From the IMG/VR virus record IMGVR_UViG_3300045580_000382: 64,000 nt of DNA; one strand, given 5' to 3'. Below, piece by piece: positions 18,715 through 28,451 of the stretch. Made by a program: the position numbers and the translations under genes. The notes beneath the pieces are model-generated. The model saw nothing but the letters and a program-made list of their open reading frames with translations, had not been told where the DNA came from and ran no database searches. The stretch is from an uncultured virus (IMG/VR IMGVR_UViG_3300045580_000382). Its lineage: Duplodnaviria; Heunggongvirae; Uroviricota; Caudoviricetes. Every line of letters starts with the position of its first letter. Within the stretch, counting starts at the first letter, position 1.

Positions 18715-19392
18715 ATGGCTGGTATTCTTTCTGCAGGTTACGTTGCAAGGCCAGGGGAAGATATCTTTCCTACTACTGGCCCACACCTTGACGTGCGGGT
18801 TAAGAAAGGCGGCAAATATATTGACCCTACCACGTGGCGTAGTGGTCTACAAAACCTGGTGATTGGTGAAAGTAAGGTCCCACTCTTCCAACAAACTAAA
18901 GACGGATTCAAACCTTCTTTCCCAATCACATCTCCATTTGGACCACGTTCTGCCCCAACAGCTGGCGCATCTACGTTCCATCGTGGCGTGGACTTTGGTG
19001 TTGCAGGAGGCACACCGCTTTACTGGAAAGGAGCAGGTGCTTTTAAACCTGGAACTGGTTTAGGCACAATTCAAACACCAGAAGGTTATGAGATTGAATT
19101 GCTTCATACCAAAGGTGGTAAAGCAGCATCTTTAGAAGGTGCACCAGGAATGATGCAGCCAGCTGCTCCTACGATTCAGGCTGCCAATACTCAAGGTCAA
19201 ATTCCATCTCAACAACCAATTAATTTGGTGATTGATCTTGTGGAAGATGAACCTGAGCAAACAATTACTCCAGATCAGATGCTGAAGAATTATATTGTTG
19301 AGCGTTTTAATACTCCAAAGCAAACAGGCTTCTCTCCAATTCAAATGGCCCAACGTTTGCTTGGTACTGCTCCAGTGAATTACTTCTCATGA
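18715..19392 (+). CDS. M23-like peptidase, circularly permuted, with C-terminal tag
   Basis: ITSPFGPR...HRGVDF (HxxxD) is preceded, not followed, by TGPHLD...YIDP. Confidence 0.7.
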   Translation: MAGILSAGYVARPGEDIFPTTGPHLDVRVKKGGKYIDPTTWRSGLQNLVIGESKVPLFQQTKDGFKPSFPITSPFGPRSAPTAGASTFHRGVDFGVAGGTPLYWKGAGAFKPGTGLGTIQTPEGYEIELLHTKGGKAASLEGAPGMMQPAAPTIQAANTQGQIPSQQPINLVIDLVEDEPEQTITPDQMLKNYIVERFNTPKQTGFSPIQMAQRLLGTAPVNYFS

Positions 19393-19664
19393 GGTTTGCT
19401 CAAGTACCTGGTTACGATCCTTCTTATCCTGTAACCTATAACAATATGTACCAGGATTACAGCATGACAACAGCAGGTCTTGCTGATCCTTTCCAACCAC
19501 AGAAACAAGAAGTCAGTACACCTTGTTCTTATGTTGTTGGTTACAACGGATCAAATGATCCACGCTATCAATTGAACAATCCTGCTTACATGCGTGAAGT
19601 AGATCGTTCTGCAAGTGATATGGTTCCCCCTGTTATTCTTAATAAAAGGCCAATCCAGCGTTAG
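19389..19664 (+). CDS. Hypothetical protein
   Basis: ATGA-coupled ORF in the operon. Confidence 0.6.
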   Translation: MRFAQVPGYDPSYPVTYNNMYQDYSMTTAGLADPFQPQKQEVSTPCSYVVGYNGSNDPRYQLNNPAYMREVDRSASDMVPPVILNKRPIQR

Positions 19665-19669
19665 ATCGA

Positions 19670-19900
19670 ATGGCATATACCAAACCATCAATGCGGGAAC
19701 GCATTAAAGATCGCATCATGGCTGGCTCCAAAGGTGGTAAGCCTGGTCAGTGGAGTGCACGCAAAGCTCAGCTCCTGGCGCAAGAATACAAGAGCAAAGG
19801 CGGTGGGTATAGCGGAAAGAAAACTGAGAAACAAAAGTCTCTTAAGCGCTGGGGTGAACAGAAGTGGATGACTAAAGAACAGTATGAAAAAGGTGGATGA
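19670..19900 (+). CDS. Small basic protein, N-terminal half of DUF5872-like family
   Basis: GSKGGKPGQWSARKAQLLAQEYKSKGGGY...QKSLKRW. Confidence 0.7.
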   Translation: MAYTKPSMRERIKDRIMAGSKGGKPGQWSARKAQLLAQEYKSKGGGYSGKKTEKQKSLKRWGEQKWMTKEQYEKGG

Positions 19901-20325
19901 TGGAAAAGTTAAAAGCAAAAGTATTATTAGGTAAAACAGCTACAGCTGTAGGACAATCATGTCCTCGCGCAACAACTGATATTAAAGAAAATATCAAAAA
20001 CAGAAATTGGACCATTGATAACTTTGGTTATGGTCCTTTAAATCCCGACAAACCAGATCCTGGTTTTTGGGAAAAGAAAGCAGAGATGTGGAACAGTGAT
20101 ATTGATACTGTTAAATCTTCTTGTTGTGGTAACTGTGCAGCTTTTGACCAATCTGGCTTAGTACTAGATTGCATCATTGAAGGCATCAATGAAAACAAAG
20201 GTGCAGATCCTTATGATGTTTTAGATCGTGCTAATTTAGGTTATTGCCAGTTGTTTAAGTTTAAATGTGCAGCAGCACGCACTTGTGATGCTTGGCTATA
20301 TGGAGGGCCAATAGTAGATGACTGA
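19897..20325 (+). CDS. Cys-rich conserved phage protein
   Basis: CPRAT...YGPLNP...CGNCAAF...GYCQLFKFKCAAARTCDAW. Confidence 0.7.
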   Translation: MMEKLKAKVLLGKTATAVGQSCPRATTDIKENIKNRNWTIDNFGYGPLNPDKPDPGFWEKKAEMWNSDIDTVKSSCCGNCAAFDQSGLVLDCIIEGINENKGADPYDVLDRANLGYCQLFKFKCAAARTCDAWLYGGPIVDD

Positions 20326-20530
20326 CAAAGCCATTGAACCAGGTAAGAAAGGAACTGAACGTTACCTCCCAAAAGCAGCTTGGGCAAAGCTATCGCCAGA
20401 GCAACGCAAACAAACTGATCAAAAGAAACAACGTGAGTCTCGTAGCGGCAAACAATTTGTAGCTAATACATCAGCTGCAAAAAAAGCACGCCGCTCTGTT
20501 GAACTTGCTACACGCTACAAAGGACAATGA
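20318..20530 (+). CDS. Small basic protein, C-terminal half of DUF5872-like family
   Basis: TERYLPKAAWAKLS...GKQFVANT. Confidence 0.7.
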   Translation: MTDKAIEPGKKGTERYLPKAAWAKLSPEQRKQTDQKKQRESRSGKQFVANTSAAKKARRSVELATRYKGQ

Positions 20531-20751
20531 TTAATCCATTAACAGAAGACGAAGACTTTAACTTTTCTAGTGAAGGTCGCGGCCGTGGTATCCGCCGTTT
20601 ACCTGGTGATGAAGACCTCCGCTTACGTAGCTTGCCAGGTGATATTGAGCCTTTTGTTGGGGCTGCCCCTGGCGAGTTCCGTTTTGCAGGGAGCAAAATC
20701 AAAGGCCTTTCTCAGTTAGATCCTACAATCTTTGCAAAGTTGTTCCCTTAA
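20527..20751 (+). CDS. Hypothetical protein
   Basis: ATGA-coupled; internal RxLPGD duplication. Confidence 0.55.
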   Translation: MINPLTEDEDFNFSSEGRGRGIRRLPGDEDLRLRSLPGDIEPFVGAAPGEFRFAGSKIKGLSQLDPTIFAKLFP

Positions 20752-20801
20752 CTGTTGATCAGTTAAAATAAAAACATACGTTTTAAATACGAGGAAAATC
20801 T

Positions 20802-21572
20802 GTGGCATCGTCCAGTACCAATAAGCTGCCAGCAATGATTGATCGGCCGTTGCTCAACAGCACTCTGTTGACAACTGCAGCGGGTCAGCATTTTGGAACA
20901 AGCTTGGTACCAACAGCTGTAGGTAACGCAACAAACGTCGCTGATATTGATAGCTCTTTAACCAACTCGTCAATTAGCGGTGCCTACATTGATGAGATCT
21001 GGATTCGCTATTCCAAAGAAGCTCCTCTGTTTGTTAACCCAGTACCGCCTACTGCTGGCACGTATGTTCAGTCAGGCCTCGATGTTGTTATTGTTGTAGC
21101 TAACTCTAACGTTAAAGTTGGTCAGAAGATCTACGTTAACTTTACAACTGGCGCCGGTACTGACGAACTGTTAACTGTTACAGACGTTACCGCAAATAAC
21201 TTTACTGCTAGTGCAACAATCAGTGCTACTACCAGTGGTAACTGTAATGTTTATCTGCCAGTTGATATTTGTTTCTATCTTGTTAACGTATCGCAGGTTA
21301 CTAATACAAACCAGTTCCTGCCGTTGTTTACTGCAAATATTGATAGCAACCCGTTAAACCAGTTTTATAGCCTCACGATTAATGAGAAGTTACCGCTGAT
21401 TAACCATCCGGTTCCTCATGCTGGCTCTAACTTTACATCAGCAACTAACGAGGTATCACCTAAAACTCGTGGCCTTGTTCTGCAACGCGGTCAAGCTTTA
21501 TATGCAGCCGCAGGTGGTAACACTGCTTTAACCTCTGGATTCTACATTAATGTCCAGGGTGGTTACTATTGA
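20802..21572 (+). CDS. Putative tail structural protein with inserted beta-barrel repeat
   Basis: GTG start after TAAAAT and GAGG; the GTYVQSG...VGQKIYVNFTTG...TTSGNC module is shared with the next gene. Confidence 0.55.
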   Translation: MASSSTNKLPAMIDRPLLNSTLLTTAAGQHFGTSLVPTAVGNATNVADIDSSLTNSSISGAYIDEIWIRYSKEAPLFVNPVPPTAGTYVQSGLDVVIVVANSNVKVGQKIYVNFTTGAGTDELLTVTDVTANNFTASATISATTSGNCNVYLPVDICFYLVNVSQVTNTNQFLPLFTANIDSNPLNQFYSLTINEKLPLINHPVPHAGSNFTSATNEVSPKTRGLVLQRGQALYAAAGGNTALTSGFYINVQGGYY

Positions 21573-21575
21573 TAC

Positions 21576-23942
21576 ATGCCAAGAAAAAAAGATAGCTTTG
21601 GAAACCGTTTTGATAGCGGTTTCCAATCTTTTTCTGATCAAATAAAAAAAGAGAGCAATAAGTACGATCTAGGTACAACTAAAAATCCATTTGATTTTGA
21701 ACCTAAGGATCGCCAGCAGATCAGTCGCATCCGGTTCTACAACCACGACTCCATGTGGAATCGTTGGAGACGTGGCTACGAACTATATACATTAACTCAA
21801 ACTTATTTTGGAACTAGTGCCGGCACCCGTCACACAAAGGGTGACTTCCGGATGTACTGTGAGTTCCAACAGTTTCCTGGTGTTGCGGTTGGCGCCAGAA
21901 TGTTCACCTTTCCAAGCAGCCATACGGAGATAGGGGAGCAAATGGTTGGCGTCCGTGATGCCAATACAGTTAATTTGTATAATCACGGTTTACCTATTCT
22001 GGCTGTGCGCTATATGCAAGCAGCTAAAAATGGAACTTATTTACAAAGTGGAACAACGATAACAATTACCTGTGCTGAGCATGGTTATACCGTTGGAGAT
22101 TCTATTTACTTAAACGTTACTAGCGGTGCTGGCCTTGATGAAACGTTAACAATCACTGCAGCTACAACCAATACTTTTACCTGCACAGCTTCTACTGCAG
22201 CAACTACCAGCGGCAACGTTACCTTATCGAAAGTCACAACTTTCAGTGATCCCTCCTGGGTTCAGCAACGTGTTCAACTAAGCTCCTTGCCTACAGCAGC
22301 TACGCTTGTAGCCGGTGAACGCATCGTGGATCGCGTTGTTGAGCGTGATCCTGGCTTAGCCTCTACCTACACAAGGACCGGATCTACAGTTACTGTTACG
22401 TGTCCTTCTGCTCATGGGTTAGCAACCAGTAATGAAGTTCTTCTTTCCGTTAGCTCAGGTCCTGTTTTATCTGGTCTTTATAACGTTACAGTTTTAAATA
22501 GCACACAATTTACGATTACAACATTAACCACAGGAATTGCATCTGGAGCGTTAACTGTTACACGTAGGATTCGCGGTTATGACTATAACGATTATGTCGG
22601 TTATACAGCCACTGGTGTAGATCTATCAACAAATGAAATTCTCTTTCAAAGGGATGATAGTTATGGTACACGCCTACTTGATCCAGTAACAGGATTACCT
22701 TCTAACCAGGGAGTGCCAAGAACAATTGTTCCTGCACATAGAGGCTTTACTGTTGGTCGTTATTTAACAACTGAGATTCGTTATCAGTGCACTTGTCAAG
22801 ATTATTTAAAGCGAGAAACATTTAACTTCTATAAAGAAGCACAACGCCGTAAGTTTCCTAATACAAAAGCAGGATCTGTTCGACCTGGCTATCGAATGGA
22901 TCGGGATGGTAATTTAATTCCAACTAGAGATAATGTCGGTGTCTATTCTGATTTTGGTTATATAGTTCTCAATAATTTTTATCAGCTTCCAACGTATGAG
23001 GATTTAGCGGAAGACTCACATCCTTTATTGGCTTACTATCAACTGCGCTGGTGTAAACATATCTATGCAGCAATGTGGTCCATTGTTCACGATGAAGGCA
23101 ATGAAGTTTTTGATCTTGCTGCAACCTTTAGTCAATCGGGTCCTAACATCACAATCACAACACAAGAACCACATAACTTGGGCTTAAATACCCGCGTTAA
23201 CATTGGGTTCTTGGACAGTGCTAATGAATCCGGAGACTATATTGTTAGCCAGGTTATTGATGCTAATAACTTCGTTATTATCTATCCAACAAACCAAACT
23301 TCCTCTGGTACTTGCAGAGTTCATAATTTAAAACCACACGAATATATCAATACCTGGTTACTTGAACCCAATGATCCACCAGTCGGAGATTCCGCCAGGA
23401 TCTTTATGCAGAAATTAGAACGAGAGAATGAGCGACTTAGAAATGCAGCAGAACGAATGCAAATGATGGGTTATGGGATGCCGTGGACAGGCGCTAAAGG
23501 AATGAGTGGCCCACGGAATCAACCTAATCAACAAGCTAATTATGACCCAAATCTAGTTACTGAAATGGTAACGGATAATATTCGACGCAATGATGAGCAT
23601 GATCCTAACGATCCAAATAGCCCACGTTTTAGCCTTAAAGGTACACCGTTAAATACCACAACTACGATGTTAACGATTATGCAGAAGATGCTAAACGTTG
23701 ACATGACTACAATCAAGACTGCCAAATTTGGTATGCTTGATCAACCAATTACAGACTACAGTTCAACGTTTAGTTCTGGTGTTATTGAATGCGGTACCTA
23801 TCTTAACGGTTTACCAGCAGATTATGATCCCTCTACTGGCGTAAGAACAACAGATGTTCTAGAGTGCGGTACATATATTAACGGTGTTCCAACACAACCT
23901 CACTCCAGCCAAGTTGATTGCGGAGTCTATCTAAGTAATTAA
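21576..23942 (+). CDS. Tail-associated protein with three beta-barrel repeats and a SWIM-type zinc finger
   Basis: Three (S/T)G.T(I/V)T(I/V)T...H(G/N) repeats; YQCTCQDY...WCKHIYAA; C-terminal (E/D)CG.Y x3. Confidence 0.6.
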   Translation: MPRKKDSFGNRFDSGFQSFSDQIKKESNKYDLGTTKNPFDFEPKDRQQISRIRFYNHDSMWNRWRRGYELYTLTQTYFGTSAGTRHTKGDFRMYCEFQQFPGVAVGARMFTFPSSHTEIGEQMVGVRDANTVNLYNHGLPILAVRYMQAAKNGTYLQSGTTITITCAEHGYTVGDSIYLNVTSGAGLDETLTITAATTNTFTCTASTAATTSGNVTLSKVTTFSDPSWVQQRVQLSSLPTAATLVAGERIVDRVVERDPGLASTYTRTGSTVTVTCPSAHGLATSNEVLLSVSSGPVLSGLYNVTVLNSTQFTITTLTTGIASGALTVTRRIRGYDYNDYVGYTATGVDLSTNEILFQRDDSYGTRLLDPVTGLPSNQGVPRTIVPAHRGFTVGRYLTTEIRYQCTCQDYLKRETFNFYKEAQRRKFPNTKAGSVRPGYRMDRDGNLIPTRDNVGVYSDFGYIVLNNFYQLPTYEDLAEDSHPLLAYYQLRWCKHIYAAMWSIVHDEGNEVFDLAATFSQSGPNITITTQEPHNLGLNTRVNIGFLDSANESGDYIVSQVIDANNFVIIYPTNQTSSGTCRVHNLKPHEYINTWLLEPNDPPVGDSARIFMQKLERENERLRNAAERMQMMGYGMPWTGAKGMSGPRNQPNQQANYDPNLVTEMVTDNIRRNDEHDPNDPNSPRFSLKGTPLNTTTTMLTIMQKMLNVDMTTIKTAKFGMLDQPITDYSSTFSSGVIECGTYLNGLPADYDPSTGVRTTDVLECGTYINGVPTQPHSSQVDCGVYLSN

Positions 23943-23944
23943 AG

Positions 23945-24367
23945 ATGTCTGTTCAGATCTTACGCTTACGTTCTAGCCTTCTTTATGACCGTGTATTTCC
24001 TGGTCGTTTAGGAGATGGAGAACTAGCAATTAACTTTAATGCTACAGAACCAGGACTTTATTTTAGGGATAATACTGGTACACCAAAACTAGTCAAGGTT
24101 GGTCCGATTCATGTTGGCAACACTGCTCCTAACGCTGTACCTGCTGGTAATCCTATTCTTTCAAAAGGGGAAAGTTGGTTAGATACAACAAGTACAAAAA
24201 TCTTAAAGATCTATGATGGCACTACATGGGAAACACCAAAAGCTGTCGCATCAACAACAGCAAGTGGGTTCCCTACAAACCCAATTGATGGCCAGCTCCA
24301 CTACAACAAATCTGTTCCAGCACTCTACATTTATAATGGAACATCAGCAAGCTGGGTAGCAGTTTAA
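23945..24367 (+). CDS. Tail fibre-associated protein
   Basis: IxxxRS...LGDGELAINF...LYFRD N-terminus and GESWLDT/GQLHYN repeats, typical of cyanophage fibre proteins. Confidence 0.65.
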   Translation: MSVQILRLRSSLLYDRVFPGRLGDGELAINFNATEPGLYFRDNTGTPKLVKVGPIHVGNTAPNAVPAGNPILSKGESWLDTTSTKILKIYDGTTWETPKAVASTTASGFPTNPIDGQLHYNKSVPALYIYNGTSASWVAV

Positions 24368-24435
24368 TTAGAACCTACCTGCTTTAAAATAAAAAGAAGA
24401 ACAGCGACAAAAGTTTTACATAGCAAGGAAAATCC

Positions 24436-26046
24436 ATGGCTACACAAGTACAATTTCGTCGCGGAACAACAGGTGAAACCGCACTCTTCACTGGTGCAGT
24501 TGGTGAAGTCACTGTTGATACTACTAAAGATACTTGTGTTGTTCATGACGGTATTACTCAGGGCGGCTTTGCGCTTATGCGAGAAGACGGCAGCAACATG
24601 CTGCTTTCTTCTGGCAGCCTGAGTAGTTGTGCTTTAAGATTTGCTGCTGATCCAAATACAGGCCTTGTTAACCCTGGACCAGATCAGCTTTCCATTGTTA
24701 CAGGCGGTGTTGCAAGGATCTTCCTTGACTCCAGTGGTGGAGCAACGTTCAGCAACAACGTCATCATGGGCGGTAGCCTTAACGTTGGCGCCTGGGGCGG
24801 TACAACAGTTACGCACGGCTATGGTGGTACTGGCCACACAACCTATAGCCCTGGTCAGCTTTTAATTGGCAAAGCTGACGGAAGTCTGGCAAAAGCAACA
24901 TTAACTGCATCAACTGGTGTCACGATTACAAACGGTGATGGCACTATTACGATCAGTGCTGTTGGTCTAGGCGGTACTGTTACTGCTGTTACAGGTAGTT
25001 CACCACTGGCAAGTAGCGGCGGTACAACACCAAACATCACCATTCAAGATGCTTCAACATCTCAGAAAGGTGCTGTTCAATTAGAAGATTCAACGAGCAG
25101 TACAAGTCTTACAAAAGCAGCTACACCTAATTCGGTTAAGAATGCTTATGACCTAGCAAACGCTGCACTGCCCCAAAGTGGTGGATCTGTAACTGGTAAT
25201 ATCACAATCCACAACCAGGCAGACTTACGTTTTGCTGATGCCGACAGCAGCAATTGGGTAGCCTTCCAAGCTCCAGCCACTGTAATGAATAACATTACGT
25301 GGACGTTACCAGATGCAGATGGAACCTTTGGCCAAGTTTTAAAAACTAACGGCTCTGGTATTTTATCCTGGGGAACAGGAGGAGGTGGAGGCGGAGGTGG
25401 CGTCAGTATTAGTGATACTGCACCAATTGCGCCTAATACTGGTGAGCTTTGGTACGACTCGGTTAATGGCCGAATGTACCTGTATTACAACGATGGCAAT
25501 ACAAGCCAGTGGGTTGATTCATCCCCACAAGGTTTGATGTCAATTGTAGCAAGTGATACGCCACCTGCTGCCCCAACAAATGGTTCTATCTGGTATGACT
25601 CTGTAGGTGGTCGTACTTACATTTATTATGATGATGGTAATACCGCACAATGGGTTGATTCTGCACCACAGGAAACAGGTCCTCAGCCGTTAATTACTGT
25701 TGGGGATACTACTGCTCAGGTCTTTGATACAGGTAGTGATGGTAGGTTTGTTGTTACAACAGAAGGTGTTGAACGTTTCCGTGTTAACAGCTCTGGTAAT
25801 ACAGGTTTTGGTACAACCACTCCTGGCTCTACTGTTGATATCAAAGGAACGCTGCGGCTTTCCGGTTCAACATCTGGTTACGTGGGTCTTGCTCCAGCTG
25901 CAACGGCTGGATCAACAACTTACACCTTACCGAGTGCTGATGGCATAACGGGACAATTCCTCACTACCAATGGAAGTGGGACCTTAAGCTGGTCAACAGT
26001 TTCTGGTTTTTCCCGCTTTAAAGCTTACTTCTATTCTGGCTTCTGA
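24436..26046 (+). CDS. Tail fibre protein (cassette 1)
   Basis: MATQVQFRRGTT...GEVTVDT...VVHDG N-terminal anchor; ASTSQKGAVQL fibre repeat; two WYDS...QWVDS repeats. Confidence 0.8.
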   Translation: MATQVQFRRGTTGETALFTGAVGEVTVDTTKDTCVVHDGITQGGFALMREDGSNMLLSSGSLSSCALRFAADPNTGLVNPGPDQLSIVTGGVARIFLDSSGGATFSNNVIMGGSLNVGAWGGTTVTHGYGGTGHTTYSPGQLLIGKADGSLAKATLTASTGVTITNGDGTITISAVGLGGTVTAVTGSSPLASSGGTTPNITIQDASTSQKGAVQLEDSTSSTSLTKAATPNSVKNAYDLANAALPQSGGSVTGNITIHNQADLRFADADSSNWVAFQAPATVMNNITWTLPDADGTFGQVLKTNGSGILSWGTGGGGGGGGVSISDTAPIAPNTGELWYDSVNGRMYLYYNDGNTSQWVDSSPQGLMSIVASDTPPAAPTNGSIWYDSVGGRTYIYYDDGNTAQWVDSAPQETGPQPLITVGDTTAQVFDTGSDGRFVVTTEGVERFRVNSSGNTGFGTTTPGSTVDIKGTLRLSGSTSGYVGLAPAATAGSTTYTLPSADGITGQFLTTNGSGTLSWSTVSGFSRFKAYFYSGF

Positions 26047-26048
26047 TT

Positions 26049-26363
26049 ATGGCTAATGGAATCCTGGGGCAATCAGCTCCAACTGCTGCTACGAATACAA
26101 CAGTTTACACAGTGCCAGCAGCGACAACTGCAACGTTTGGTGTGAGTATTTGCGAAAGAGCCGGCAATCCAGTTACTATTCGCTTAGCAATTTCAGCTAC
26201 TGGTACACCAGGAAACAGCGAGTGGCTGGAGTACAATACAAGTATTCCTGCGTTTGGTGTTTTGGAGCGAACAGGACTTGTTGCCCAAGCCACTAAAAAT
26301 ATTGTTGTTTATTGCAGTACAGCAAACACTTCTGTATCTGTATATGGTTTTGAGGAGACCTGA
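26049..26363 (+). CDS. Small beta-sandwich fibre component
   Basis: TNTTVYTVPA...GVLERTGLV...VSVYGFEE. Confidence 0.65.
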   Translation: MANGILGQSAPTAATNTTVYTVPAATTATFGVSICERAGNPVTIRLAISATGTPGNSEWLEYNTSIPAFGVLERTGLVAQATKNIVVYCSTANTSVSVYGFEET

Positions 26364-26365
26364 TC

Positions 26366-27211
26366 ATGGGACGTTTTGTTAATCAGATTGTTAGCTATCC
26401 TTATGTTCCAACCGCAGGACTTGATCAGTTTGGCACTTCTAAATTTCAGGCATTTTTTATTAGTGGCACTTTTACAGTTCCTAATGGAATAACAAGTGTA
26501 CGAGCCCGAGTTTGGGGCGGCGGCGGCGGAGGTGGTAGCGCCGGAGGAACTAGTTCTTTTGGAGCTTACTGTTCAGCAACGGGTGGAGGACAAACATATA
26601 ATCAAGCGTACACAAGTGCTGCAGGTGGTACTGGTTCTGGAGGAGATATTAATTACAGTGGTGGAACTGGCGGTTATCAAACTAATAACTATGGCTGGAG
26701 TGGTGGCGGCGGTGGTGCGGCTAGTGCATTTGGTAGTGGAGGAGCTGGAGGTTATGAGTCATATTATGCTTACCCAGGAAGTAGTTCAAGTTTAGCAGCA
26801 GGAGGAGGTGGCGCATCTGGTTATAACAATGTTTCTCCTGTTGGAGGAAGTGGATTAACTGGTGCAGGTGCTAGTGCAAATAGTAATGCAGTTGCAGGCA
26901 ATTATGGATTTGGCCTGAGTCCTCTCGATTTTATTGCAACAGGCGGCGGTGGCGGTGGAGCTGGTACTAGTTCACCAGGAGGAAATGGAGCAAATGGTGG
27001 TGGAGGTGGAGGACAAAGTGGCAGTCTTTACGGCAGGGGTGGATTTCCTGCTGGTGGAGCAGGCGGTAGTTCTTACTATACTGGAGGAGGAGGTGGAGGC
27101 TTCTCTATGAAAATTATTAGCGGCCTAACTCCAGGCTCTACTATTGCTGTCACTGTAGGATCTGGTGGTGGTGGTGTAGGTGGCAGTGGATTTGTTATTG
27201 TGGAGTTCTAA
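26366..27211 (+). CDS. Glycine-rich adhesin/tail tip protein
   Basis: FTVPNGITSVRARVWGGGGGG...GSGFVIVEF; polyglycine-II type. Confidence 0.75.
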   Translation: MGRFVNQIVSYPYVPTAGLDQFGTSKFQAFFISGTFTVPNGITSVRARVWGGGGGGGSAGGTSSFGAYCSATGGGQTYNQAYTSAAGGTGSGGDINYSGGTGGYQTNNYGWSGGGGGAASAFGSGGAGGYESYYAYPGSSSSLAAGGGGASGYNNVSPVGGSGLTGAGASANSNAVAGNYGFGLSPLDFIATGGGGGGAGTSSPGGNGANGGGGGGQSGSLYGRGGFPAGGAGGSSYYTGGGGGGFSMKIISGLTPGSTIAVTVGSGGGGVGGSGFVIVEF

Positions 27212-27216
27212 TTAAC

Positions 27217-27474
27217 ATGAAATACGCACGTCTTTCTTCTGACAACATTGTTATTGAGGTGTTTGTACCACCTCCGCCCTTCACAATTGAAGATTGTTTT
27301 ACCCCTGAGATTGTGGCGCAATTTGAACCTTGCCCAGATGAAGTAGAACAAAACTGGGTTAAAAATGAAGACGGTACCTTTAGCCCGCCACCGCCAAAAC
27401 CTGACCCACCGCCGCCGCCACCGGATCCTCCGGAACCACCACCGGAACCTCCGGTTGAAACACCAGAACAATAA
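27217..27474 (+). CDS. Putative tail fibre assembly protein with polyproline tail
   Basis: MKYARL...CFTPEIV...CPDEV..NW...DGTFSPP followed by a Pro-rich tail. Confidence 0.6.
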   Translation: MKYARLSSDNIVIEVFVPPPPFTIEDCFTPEIVAQFEPCPDEVEQNWVKNEDGTFSPPPPKPDPPPPPPDPPEPPPEPPVETPEQ

Positions 27475-27489
27475 ATCTATCTTTTCTCG

Positions 27490-27520
27490 GCTGTGCTTAT
27501 CTATAATAAGTACAGCTTTT
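27490..27520 (+). terminator. Intrinsic terminator with embedded TATAAT (copy 1)
   Basis: 11-bp stem gctgtgcttat/ataagtacagc plus TTTT; 29/31 identical to 33517-33547. Confidence 0.7.
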
Positions 27521-27545
27521 AAATTTAAAATTAAGGTAACTGTCC

Positions 27546-28451
27546 ATGGCGATTGATTTTCCACCTAGCCCTACAGTTGGCCAAATTTTTGTCTCCGGTA
27601 CTGTTGTTTATACCTGGGATGGAACTAAATGGACAGCTTCGCTAAATGGTGGACTTTCAATCTTTGGCAACAATGCCTTCACTGGTGCCAATACGTTTAC
27701 TAACTCAACAGGACAAATCTTCCGTCAAGGTTCTCTGCAAGACGGGATCCTGTTGCGTGGTCGTGCCGGTGGCACCAGTGCTTACACCAGTGAGATTGTT
27801 CCGACAACACTGACGGCATCACGCACAATTACATTGCCGGATACGGATGGCACCGTTGCACTGCTTGGTACAACACAGACTTTCACTGGTGCTAATAGTT
27901 TTACCAATTCAACTGGTCAAGTCTTTCGTCAAGCAGCAACACAAGATGGTGTTCTGTTAAGAGGCGGTGCTAGTGGAACAAGTTCATATACAGCTGAGAT
28001 TGTCCCAGCAACTCTAACTGCTTCTCAAACTGTTACGTTACCTGATGCAAGTGGTACTGTTGCTTTGCTGAATGCAGCACAAACTTTTACTGCTGTACAA
28101 ACACTGACTGACCCAGCAATTGTCGGCACTGTTTTAGAAGATATTTATACAATTGTTGATGGCGCTGCATTTGAAATTGATCCTGGTAATGGCAGCATCC
28201 AACTGATTACCCTTGGCGCAAGCCGTACACCAAAAGCAACAAACTTTGCTAATGGTGAATCTATTACTTTAATGGTTGATGATGGCAGTGCGTTCACATT
28301 GACTTGGACCGATGCAACATTTGGTGGGTCCGGTGTAGTATGGAAAACAGGTAGTGGCAGCGCACCCACCTTAAACACAACTGGTTACACGGTGATTACT
28401 TTGTGGAAAGTTGGTGGCCAGGTCTATGGTGCACGTGTGGGTGATGCCTGA
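27546..28451 (+). CDS. Tail fibre protein (cassette 2), MAIDFP N-terminal module
   Basis: MAIDFPPSPT...YTWDGTKWT; internal duplicated repeat; C-terminal beta domain. Confidence 0.7.
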   Translation: MAIDFPPSPTVGQIFVSGTVVYTWDGTKWTASLNGGLSIFGNNAFTGANTFTNSTGQIFRQGSLQDGILLRGRAGGTSAYTSEIVPTTLTASRTITLPDTDGTVALLGTTQTFTGANSFTNSTGQVFRQAATQDGVLLRGGASGTSSYTAEIVPATLTASQTVTLPDASGTVALLNAAQTFTAVQTLTDPAIVGTVLEDIYTIVDGAAFEIDPGNGSIQLITLGASRTPKATNFANGESITLMVDDGSAFTLTWTDATFGGSGVVWKTGSGSAPTLNTTGYTVITLWKVGGQVYGARVGDA

